Assembly (NCBI RefSeq): GCF_018977255.1
Contig: NW_024704742.1
Span: 12,340,001-12,404,000 of the forward strand
DNA from: Callorhinchus milii
Lineage: Eukaryota
Reading direction: 5' to 3'
Length of the DNA: 64,000 bases
The notes under the pieces were generated by a model. It had not been told where the DNA came from, did not search any database, and saw only the letters and a list, made by a program, of their open reading frames with translations. This document shows, one piece after another, positions 48,601 to 60,600 of this stretch (position 1 is the first letter of the stretch; each line of letters begins with the position of its first letter). A program made the translations under genes and the position numbers.

Positions 48601-51600
48601 AACCCTACAATTTATTGGATTGCCAATTTTGCCTGGGATATGGTAAGATATGTTCATATACTGTAGCAATTTTAAACTCCACAAAACAAATTGTAGATGA
48701 ATAGAAAAAATATCAAATTATTTTCCGACTAAACAAGATTATCCAAATATTGATTCACTGTGAAGTACTTCTTTAACTATATTCTTGAGGGTGTAATCAA
48801 CTTTGTTATCAAACTTTTTGTGGAGTCCTGTAGCTCAGTGGTTAGAGCACTCGCTTTGCAAGCAAGAGACCTGGGTTCAATTTTCGGCAGGGTGAAATCT
48901 TGGGTAAGTTTCCTTACTCCACACGCCTAATAATAATCCCTCAAAAAAAAAGTTTGTGGGACACTGCTGTGCGCAATTGGCTGCCACATTTCACCCACAA
49001 ATATACAGTCAATTCACTTTACAGTATATTCTGTGAAGCACTTTGAGACGTCTGGAAGACGTGAAAAGCACTATATCAAATGCAAGGATTATTATTAGTA
49101 GTATTATTTTTGTAATCTTTGGGGGATTATATCATACACCTTGCTTTTTATTATTTGCATTTTGTAAGAATCAATATTACTGCATAACAAATCAACATAA
49201 ATGTCCAGGCTAGATTACGCCAACTCTCTGCCCATCAGACTACCAGCCTCTTCCCTTCACAAATTGCAGAATATCCAGAGCTCTGCAGCTTGTGTCCTTT
49301 CCCGCAACAGGCTCTGCGTGCCTATCACACCCATCCACACCAGGCTGCACTGGCTCCCAATCCCTCAGTGGATCGTGTTCATGAACATTATCCTAACTGC
49401 TAAATCACTCCCATGGTCTTGCCATCCTACCAACCTGTCCCTCCCTCCACTCAATTCATTGTAACATTTGCTTAATTTACATCATTATTTTGAGTGCACA
49501 TAAGCCTAGATGTTATGTTAAATACAGGCATTAATTGTACAGTGTACAGTTGATTGGAATTTAGTAGATTTGGCTAAAGTGCTAAGAAGGAAAATTGAGA
49601 CCACATAAAATGCCCAAAACAAGTTCTAGGAAGTGTGCAGTGTTGCGAATACGATAACGTGCCTCTCTTTTGATGTCAAGACTTTCAACCCACACTATAG
49701 AGCATAATGCAGATTTCTGAAAGTTATGACAAATGGTTTATAGGTATTACAAGTTTCCCTCAGAAGCGTCTTTGGCAAACGTAACTTTTTAATGAATATT
49801 AAAACCACCCCTGAGGGTGTTGTGTAAATCGGGTACAATTGTAAATTCCAATTTATCGCTTTTGCTGCTGGATTTAGTGAATTTAAATTTTCTTTACTGT
49901 TATTCATAGATTCATAGATTCATAGAATGTTATGGCACAGAAGGAGGCCATTCGGCCCATCAAATCTGTGCCGGCTCTTTGACAGAGCAAGTCACTTTCA
50001 CTAACCCCAATCACCAGCTTTCGCCCCATAACCCTGCAAACACGTCTTCCCCAGATACCTATCCAGTTCTCTCTTAAAAGCTGTTATCGAATCGGACTTC
50101 ACTGCCCTTTCGGGCATATAATTCCAAATTCCAACAACTCGCTGAGTGAAAAAAATTCTTCTAACCTCCCCTCTGCTTCTTTTGGTAGATATTTTAAGAC
50201 TGTGACCGCGGGTCACAGACATACCTACCAGCGGAAACAGCTTTTCGCTATCTATCCTGTCGAAACCTTTCATGATCTTGAAGACCTCTATCAGGTCCCC
50301 ACGTAACCTTCTCGGCTCCAATGGGAAAAGTCCTAACTTCTCCAGCCTGTCCTCATAGCTAAGGATCCCCATTCCTGATATCATTCTCGTGAATCTCCTC
50401 TGCACCCTTTCCAGTGCCTTAATATCCTTCCTGAAGTAAGGTGCCCAGAACTGAACGCAACAACAACAACAACAAGATTCCATTTATAGAGCACCTTTCA
50501 CGTCGGGAGGACGTCCCAAGGCGCTGTAAAGTTGGGTCAGGACCCAAGCAGGGGGAAGTGGTCAGGGTGAGGTGAGGGAAGGGAGGGGACGAGGAGGGGG
50601 GAAATGGTCAGGGTGAGGGGAGGGAGGGAGCGAGGAGGGGGTAGGGAGTCGAGAGGGGAGCTGAAGGCACGGTCAAAAAGAAAGGTCTTGAGACCGGCCT
50701 TGAAGGAGGAAAGGGAGGAGGCGGCGAAGGCACTGGGGGATAGAGTTCCAGAGCCTAGGGCCTGAGAGGCTGAAGGCCGGGCCACCGATGGTAGGGCGGT
50801 TGGGGCGGGGGATGTGGAGCAGACCGGAGCCAGAGGAACGGAGGGTACGGGCAGGTAGGTCGGGGGATAGTAGGTTGGAGAGGTAGGAGGGTGCAAGGCC
50901 GTGAATGGCCTTGTAGGTGAGATGAGGATCTTGAAATAGATCCTCTGGGGGATGGGGAGCCAGTGGAGGCGAGCGAGGGTGGGAGTGATGTGGTCGCGAA
51001 GTCTGATGCGGGACAGTACACGAGCTGCAGAGTTCTGAATGACCTGCAGCTTGTGGAGGGAGGTGCCGGGAAGGCCGGCGAGGAGAGAGTTCCCATAGTC
51101 CAGCCTTGAGGTGATAAAGGCGTCGACCAGGGTTTCAGCAGCGTGAGGGGTGAGGTAGTGCCGTAGTCTGGCGACATTCCGGAGGTAATGGAAGGCGGTG
51201 CCAGTTGTGGCGCAGATATGAGGGAGAAAGGACAGCTCAGGGTCGAACAGAACCCCGAGGTTCCTGACTGGCTTTGAGAGGTGGAGAGTGCAGCCTTGGA
51301 TGCTGATGGTGTCAGCGCCTGAGGTGCGGAGGCCCTGACGCGAGCTAATCAGGAGGGCCTCAGTTTTACGCACGTTGAGCTGAAGAAAGTTGTCTCTCGT
51401 CCAGGACTCGATGTCGGACAGGCAGCTGTCAGGACATCGGTGGTCGTGGAGTTGAGGGTAGAGGAGGAAAGGTAGAGTTGGGTGTCATCCGCATACATGT
51501 GGAAGTTAACCCCATGTCTGCGGATGATGTCACCACAGGGGGAGCGTATAGAGGGTGAAGAGGAGGGGACCGAGGACAGAGCCTTGAGGGACACCGCACA

Positions 51601-54600
51601 AGACAGTGCGGGGGGCGGAGGAAAAACCATTCCTGGAAACAAAGTGAAGACGGTGGGAGAGGTACGACCTGAACCACTCAAGGACAGGGCCTTGAAGGTT
51701 GAGGTGGGAGGACAAGCGGTGGAGGAGGATAGCATGGTCGACCGTATCGAATGCTGCCGATAGGTCGAGGAGGACGAGGAGACAGAGGGAGCCCTGGTCA
51801 CAGATGGTCAGGATGTCATTGGTGACCTTGACCAGGGCAGTTTCTGTGCTATGGGCAGCACGGAAACCCGACTGAAGGGGTTCGAATAATGAATGGGTGG
51901 AGAGGAAAGAGCGCAGCTGGGAGGCGACAACTGGTTCCAGGACCTTGGACAGGAAGGGGAGGTTGGAGATGGGCCGGTAGCTTGATAGCTGCGACGCATC
52001 AAGGGAGGGTTTTTTCAAGGTGGGAGTGATGGTGGCAGTTTTTAAGGAATGGGAACAGAGCCAGAGGAGAGGGACAGGTTGACGATGTCTGTGATATGTG
52101 GGGCAAGAAGGTGGAGCTGGGAGATAAGGAGTGGAGTGGGGATGGGGTCAAGGGAGCAGGTGGTGGGTTTCAGGGATAGGATGAGTTTGGTGACAGAGGG
52201 TGGGGAAACGGGTACGAAAGTGTGTAGGGGAGGATGGGTAGGAGTCGGAGTGTGGGAGGGAGGGGGTGGGTGTGGGTGGATGTTGGAGGGGAAGTGACCA
52301 CGGAGCGAATTCCCTTGATTTTGGATTCAAGGAAATCCAGCATCTCCTCGCAGTGAAGGTTGGAGGAGATGACCTGCGCGGGGTGGCGGGGGGGACGGAG
52401 GAGTCGGGATGTGGTAGAAAACAGTAGCCTGGGGTTGTTTTTCGCCTCCAGGATTATCCTGGAGTAGAAGGACGACTTGGCCGAGGCTAGAGTGGAGCGG
52501 TAGATTTTGAGGAGGTCCAGCCAGATTTGTCGGTGGACCGTTAGGCCAGATTTGACGCAGGTGCGTTCAGCGGCCCGCACCTGGCTCTTCAGTGAGCGGA
52601 GGTGGGTGGTGAACCAGGGGGTGGAGCGAGAGTAGGAGACAGTATAGGAGGTGATGGGGGCAAGAGTGTCCAGTGTGGAGGAGAGGGTGTTATGGAGGAG
52701 GGTGAGAGCAGAAGAGGGGTCAGTGAGGGTTGAAGGCCAAAGGGAGAGGAGTTCAGAGGACTCCAAGGCAGCGGTTAGGGATTGTGGGGTAACTTCTTCC
52801 AGGGGCGGTAGAAGATGGTGGTGGGTCTGGTAGGGGAGGGGGGTGGAGGTTGTGAAGGAGATGAAGTGGTGGTCGGAGACGGCCTTGTCGGTGATAGTGA
52901 CATCCGAGACACTGAGGCCCTGGGTGATCACCAAGTCGAGTGGGTGGCCGTGACTGTGAGTGGGGGAGTTGATGTGGAGGGAGTGGTTGAGTGAGGAGAG
53001 CAGGGAAGAGAAGTCTGAGGAGATGGAGCAGGAGGGGGTGAAGTGCAGGTTAAAGTCGCCCAGGTTGATGAGGCGATCAGAGCAGAGGCAGAGAGATGTA
53101 AGAAGTGTCGCAATATCGGAGATAAAGGTGTGAGAGGTTTTAGGGGGCCGGTAGAGGAGGAGGATTTTAAGTGAGAGGAAAGAGACGTGGGAGAGGGTGA
53201 GGTGCTCAAAAGAGGGGAAAGAGCCAGAGGAGTAGGGGGATAGGGCAAGTGGTGTCCTTGAGATAAGGGCTACACCACCACCACGGCGGTTGGGGCGAGG
53301 GATGTGGTGGGAGGTGTAGCCGGGTGGTGTGGCCTCCGTGAGGGGGAAGGTGTCGCCTGGGGTGAGCCAGGTTTCCGTTAAGGCCATGATATCAACGTTC
53401 TCATCAAGGATGAGATCGTTGATGACCAGGGCCTTGTTACAGAGGGAGCGGACGTTTTGTAGTCCGATGTGGAGGGAGCGGTTGACAGAAGGGTGTGTGG
53501 GAGGGGAGGGGGTCCAGGTTGTGAGGCAGGGGTGGGGGAATGGGGATGAGGGAGGAGAGGTTGGCTCCCCGGGTCTGTGTCCGGGGTGGGTGGCGAGTGT
53601 GGTGGGGAATGGGGCAGTCGGTGTGGCTGCTGCTGGACAGCCAACGCCGAGTGCCACGGTGAGCCCGGCGGAGGATTCCCAGGCTGGAACAGAGGGAGGT
53701 TGTGGGAGGGTCAAGTGGGGATAGAAGACGAGAGGGACGGAGAGAGAGGAGGACAGAGCGGGAGAGATGCAGAGGGGGCAGGGTTTGGGGGTAGAGAGGA
53801 GGGAGGAGAGAGGGAGGGGGTGAGGGTCATAGCGGCAGCCATAGTGCGCACGCGGGGACCGGGAGCGAGCGGTCAGGTGGATGGCATTATCCCATAGGCT
53901 GGGGCAGCGAACCCAACAGGACCATGGTGGGCCCTGATGTGAGGCCGGGGGGCGCAAAGGTTTTTTTTTTTTTTTTGCGCGCACACTCCTGAAGACTAAA
54001 CTATGACGTCAGCTTTTCCCCCGCTCCGCGCCCACCCATTCCCTCCTCAGCCCCACTGTCCCCCCAGCTGCACTCCCTGCTGCCGCGACCTTAAATACCT
54101 GGGTAGGTAGGCCCAGGCTCCTCCCCGCGCTGTCCTGCCGCCGCTCCCCGTGTGAACGCAGTACTCCAGCTGAAGCCTAACCAGTGTTTTGTATAGATTA
54201 ACCATAACCTCCCTGCTCTTATACTCTATGCCCCTACTAATAAAGCTCAGTACATCAAATGCCTTTTTTACTGCCTTATCTACCTGCCCCGCTACCTTTA
54301 ATGATTTGGTTACTTGAACACCCAGATCTCTCTGTACGTTGCCTCCTATCATTTTTCCTACCTAAGTGTATCACCTCACACGTATCCACATTGAAATCCA
54401 TCTGCCACATGTCAGCCCATTCCACCATTCTGTGTATGTCTGCTTGCAGTTGGTTACAGTCCTCCTCACTATTTACTACCCTACCTGTTGTCAGAAACTA
54501 TTTTCAATCCATCAGTGTTGTTTATATTTTATGAATAACAAGCTTTTCACCCTACAGCGTGCTGCAATTTAATCCAGTAAAAATTGTAAATCCCACTTTC

Positions 54601-57600
54601 CTTCCAGACACTTCTATTGAATTTAATAAATAAAACATTTCTGCCCTTTTTCTTGTTATTATTTGGTTGAGGTTCTAATCTTCCCAGTTATTCTCACCGT
54701 CAGTGGTTACAGCATTCACCTCGCAAACAAGAGACATAGATTTGATCCCAGCAGGGTGAAAAATTCGGCAAGTTTCCTTACACCACATGCCTCTGTTTAC
54801 CTAGCAGTAAGTAGGAACCAGGTTGTTAGTAGATTGGCAGATCACTTTTCCATGGGTAATAATTTCTTCAAAAAAATAATAAATAGGTTTGTGGGACACT
54901 GCTGTGTGCAATTGGTTGCCGCGTTTTGCCCACAAAATATACAGTCAATTCTCTTTACAGTATATTCTGTGAAGTGCTTTGAAACGTCTCAAAGTTGTGA
55001 TAAGGCACTATATCAAATGCAAGGAGTATTATTATCTCCCTTGGTTGCTCCCATTGATTGCTGTCAAGAGCAGTTGGGTTGCTACTGTAAGGTCAGAAGG
55101 TGTGTGTGTACGAAGCACAGGCTCATATGACGTCCTTCTTCCCATGATGACACCAGGGCTTGGAGGGGACCTTGAACCCATTCTGTGGCTACACTTGCTG
55201 TAGCAGCAATGCACTTTGCCTTTGCACTGGGTGAATTCAAATATCCCAATTAGCTTCCAGTGGACATTTTCTTCAACTGCTGCTGGGAGGACAGTGGGCA
55301 GCTGTGAAAAATAATTCCACTCCTGCAGTTAGTCGATCCTTTTTTTTGTCTTTTTTTTATAAATGCAGATGTTTTTGGAGTCCAATGGAGTATACACTGT
55401 GTGAGTCCAGTGAGAATATTGTTTTCTTTGATGGTAGAAGTAAGTCTAGGTTTTTAACCTCATCTTTCCTCCAGATTAAGTGAAAAACCATACAGAGGTT
55501 CATGCAGTGTTATTAACTGGCCCACTTCCTTCTCTGAGCCCCCTCTAATAATCCCCAACTACTGATGCAAATCAGAAACACAAACCTTATTATAATAAGA
55601 AACACAAACCTTATAATAATAATCCTTGCATTTGGTTTTGGGGTCTTATCATGTCATCGCAATATCTCAAGTGCTTCACAGGAATTACTACAAAGATGAA
55701 GTAACTGTGTATTTGTAGGCAGCCTATTTGCGGACAGCAATGTCCCACCAAACTATAAAGTGAGTGGCCAATTTTATCTGGAGGATTGTTGGCCAGGACA
55801 CCAGGAGAAATTCCCTTCTCTTTTCGAATAGTCCATCTGAACAGGCAGACAGGATCTTGATTTAATATCTCATCCAATTACATTCTTTGACAATGTAGCA
55901 GTCCCCCAGAATTAAAGGATCAGTTTAAACTCAAAGCCCCAACAAGGGACTTGAATCCGCAATCTTCTGACTCAGAGAAGAGAATGCTACCAACTGAGAC
56001 AGGATGACGGATTTATTTACTTCCATTCCAATTAGTAATTTTTTTGTCTCCTTTTTCTTCTGAAAATATTTCTCTCATTCTTCCTCCCAAAATACACTTT
56101 TTAGATGTCTCAAACACGCAATGAAGCACGATATTAAATGCAAGGATTATTATTAATACTTCAAAGGAAGATAGAGCAGGAAGGTGACTATCACTTTGAA
56201 GATATCTCTTTTGAAAATACAGTACAACTTATTATACAATGCATTTTACACATATATATCATTTTACCCTGCTTATCATGTCGGGAGGATGTCTCAAAGT
56301 GCTGCACAACATGGGTGGCACTCAAGCTGGGGGTGGTAGCCGAGGGTTGTGACCAAAATTGTAGTCAAAAGGTTCATTTTTGAGACATGCCATGAAAGAG
56401 ATGAGGGAGTGAGCGAGTCAGAGGTTCTGAGGGATGGAATTTTAACAATGAATGGGCAAGGATGGAAGCCATTCCTTTATACCTCACTGTTGAATGATGT
56501 TGCAAGTAAATGTTAAGGATATAAGTAAACTTTATGAACCTCAAGAAAACAACAGAGAAGACTAAGTTGGAACAGAGGAGATTCATCATTTAGGAACACA
56601 GAAACTAATGTCCAAAGTACAACAACAATAAACAACAAAATGACATTTACGTCGGGTGGACGTCCCAAAGTGCTGAACAGTCAGGTGTCGGGGCCCGAGC
56701 ATGGGGGAGGGGTGGTGTAGGGGTGAGGGAAGGCAGAGAAGTGGGAGGGAGACCAAAGACATGGTCGAATAGAAAGGTCTTAAGACCAACCTTGAAGGAG
56801 GCAAGGGAGGAAGCGAAGCGAAGGGACCGTGGGATGGAGTTCCAGAGTGTGGGGGCAGAGAGGCTGAAAGCCCGGCCACCGATGATAGGGCGAGTCGGGC
56901 GGGAGACATGGAGCAGGCCGGAGCCTGATGAACGGAGGTAGCGGGCAGGCTCGTAGGGAGTTAGCAGGTCAGAGAGGTAGGAGGGGGCAAAGCCATGGAT
57001 GGCCTCAATGATGAGGACGAGGATCTTGAACTCGATCCTCTGGGGAATGGGGAGCCAGTGGAGTCGGGCGAGGGTGGGAGTAATGGGGTCATGGAGCCTG
57101 GTGCGTGAGAGTCCATGAGCTGCAGAGTTTTAGTAGCATCTAAAGTGATCTCTTTGAAATTAAATTCTCTGTATTTTCCTGAAACTGCATCCTAAGCTTT
57201 ATAATGATGTCACTTTGCATAATTATCTGAGAGGCACTTTAAGATATAGCACTTCATGGGGGCTATGTTAAATGCAAGGATTATTATTTCCATTTATTAA
57301 AATGGGGGCTTGTTCCTACCATTAGAAGTTCAAGGAGAGCAAGACAGGCTCGTACTTTAAAATGAACACAGGCTTATTGAAGGAGCGAAGTGAACCAGTT
57401 TAAACCTTGCTTTCTTAGCCCTAGGTTTACACAGAATGATGTGAAGAACTGATGTAAGCAAGTTTTTGGAGTTTATTAGAGGTCATGTGACGAAGTGACG
57501 TGGAAAGCTTAGAGTTTGATGTTGTACTTTGATAATGAATAGTGTGTGTGAAGTCCACAACTGTGTAATGTCAGAACCTATTGAACACACTATGCAAGAT

Positions 57601-60600
57601 GTATCAATGGAAGTATATGATACAAGTTGTACTTAACAATATGTAAGAAGGTATTGGAGATACCCCTAATGATGTAATTATAAAGTACTGGAAAGGATTG
57701 CTTGTTGATTGCAGAATTCAACAAATTCTTTTCTTTGGTTTTAATTATGTATTAGATAGTTCAGAACTACTGCAATGTGTGTGTATTTGGAGGGATGGGG
57801 GAAACAAGAGCCCTGGAGATACTAATCTTAACACAAGTCCATCATTTCAATCTTCTCATTGTATTAAATGAGATTATATGTTCTTGGGAAAACAATTATG
57901 GTTACAAATTTAACTTTTTGCATAATTCATGCATTATTTTCTCCCACTTGAAATGTATTGATTTATTAACGGTAATGTATTTGAGTCCAAAGAGATGTCT
58001 TTCTTATTTATGTTTATAAATAGTTGTTTTAAAATACTTCCCTTATCAGGCATATGGAATCCTCTCTTGGCTTTGTTTGTATATTTCTGGTTGCTCAAAA
58101 TGAAGAGGAATTTTCCTACAAACTCTTAAAGCTTGCAGTTAATCTTGGATGTAAAATTGTTTATGTACTATTTGTGCTCATTCAACCAATGTTTTGACGA
58201 GTGATGGTTATTTGGATTGGTAGATTTTTATATAAATATATTAAAACTGTTTACTCCTACAGTGCAACTACGCTGTTTCGTGTGTCATGGTTGTGGTCAT
58301 CTTCTTATGTTTTCAACAAAAATCCTACGTATCATCTGCCAACCTCCCAGTGCTGATCCTTCTCTTTGTGCTCTATGGGTGAGTCAAATAAATCAGTACA
58401 GTACTCAATTGTTGACTGTCACACTTTGTTGAAATGAAAATAGTGTCTTCACATTGGAAGGATGTCTCAAATTGCTCCACAGGAATTATTGTAAAATGTC
58501 GTAGCTGTATATTTTGTAGGCAAACACAGCAGCCAATTTGTGCACAGCAATATCTCACAAACAGCCATAAAGTAAAATTTGGGGGATGGTTGACTAGGAA
58601 ACCGGAAGAAACTCCCTTTTCTTTTCAGATAGTAACATAGGATGTTTAACGTCCATCCGAACAACCAGACAGGACTTTGGGGTCTCATTTGAAAGATGGC
58701 AACTCTATTATGCAGCATATCCCAGCACTATCCTAGAATGTCAGCTTAGACTGTGAGTTCAAAGTCCCGAGGTGTAGCTTGAATCCACATACATCTGACT
58801 CAGAAGCGAGAGTGTGAGCAACTGAGCCAGATTGACACTTAAAAATGAGTGTGAAGTAGAAAGTAAACAGTCCGAATTAATCTGAACTAGACGTCCATTT
58901 AATATAAAACATATAAAGTTCTTAAACATTCATCTCACATATGCTCCCTGGGTGCTATTATCTTAAACTTGTATAATAAAGTAATATTAATAATAATCCA
59001 AACATTTGATTTAGCACCTTATCAAGTCATTGAAAAGTCTGAAACCACTTTACAGAATATACTGTACAGAATATACTTTACAGAATATACTGTAAAGTGA
59101 ATTATATTTATAGTTCTCTTTATTTATGATAATTTATGTATTATTTATTTGGTGTCCTGACTCACAATGCCCCAGAATGCCACTTCATGGCTGTTTATTT
59201 ATATTTATTTATAATATTTATAGTTAAACAATAAAACCATTGCAGCTACTTCAAAGTATTATGGCGTTTTCCTTCCAGTTATCCTTGCTTTTTACCCTTT
59301 CACCATCCTAAATTTGAAGGATGCTATAAATGCAAGTTGTTGTTGTTGTGTCATGTCAAGAGGATGTCTCAAACACTTCATAACATTTACTGTAAAGTGG
59401 AGTGACTGTGTGTTTGTGGATAAAGGCGGCAATCAATTTGTACACAGGAATTTGACGGCAAACTGCTAAGGAGAGAATGGCTTACTTTATTTGGGAGATT
59501 GTTGGACAGGACACTGGGAGAATTTAGGATGTGTTGGAGCTTGTGGGTAGTAGAACTGGGAGAAGCCAGCAAGGAGAGATCTGGAGAAGTCCAATGTGGT
59601 GGTGATGAAGCCAAGGATTTCAGCAATGTTGGAAATGAATTAGCAGCGGAGGCGGGTGAGGAGAAACAGTCATGATCAGAGATCAGATGCAAGGAAGGAG
59701 AATTTATGGTTAAATAAAACACCAAGAATGTGGAAAACAACAACTTGCTTTTATATAATGCCCTTCACGCCAGACGGCATGTCAGAACGCTTGAAAACAG
59801 CCAGAAGGGTTGAGTCACTCAGCCAGAGGAGAATAACGGTGGCAGTGGAAGGAGCCGAGAAGGACAGCTTCTGTTTTGTCCAGCCACATGTAACCTCAAG
59901 GTGACACACTAGTTCTTCATAAACACAGCAGTGTACAGATGTTACCAAAAGCAGCTCAAATGGAAACATTATCCATCATAGGTTAGTCCAAACAGCTCTG
60001 CTGAGTTGTTTATTTGATCGTCTGTAGCAGTAAGCACAATCTCCATGGCTCACCCATCACTCACCATCTACATCACTTCTCAAGACCTATAATTCATATA
60101 TTTGCTGTGTTAGAACCACAGAAAGTTTACCACACAGACAGAGGCCATTTGACTCCTAGTGGCTGTACTCGTGCTGTGTTCTTCACCAGAATGATTGACT
60201 CTATGGTGTTTTGCCCACAGAATACATTCAACACTGTGAAGTGCTTTGACACATCTCAACAACGTGACAAAGCAGGTTGAAATGTGCTTAGATTGAATTT
60301 ACAGAACATTCCAATCGGTATCTCATCTGTCTGTTTGAAAAGGAAATTGCTTTTGTGCATTTCAGCTACAATGCTGTGACTTCATTAGAACTGGCTGAAA
60401 GTACCAGATCACTGGCCTGTTTCCATACTACACATTCTTTGTAAATCTTTGTAAATGCAACTAATGAGATGTTGCAGTGTGTATTATGGGGTTTGATGGA
60501 CTGAAGACCAGAGTTTACTTAAACATGCCAGTTCATAGATGCATTTATATTATATTTATATTATTTCATAGTATTTCAGGCTATTTTTTGGCTGTTTATC

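Noticed and set aside
53329..53897. Plus-strand ORFs antisense to the L2 (also 21960, 22501, 23298, 51482)
   Set aside because: By-products of the stop-poor G-rich antisense strand; no recognisable protein.
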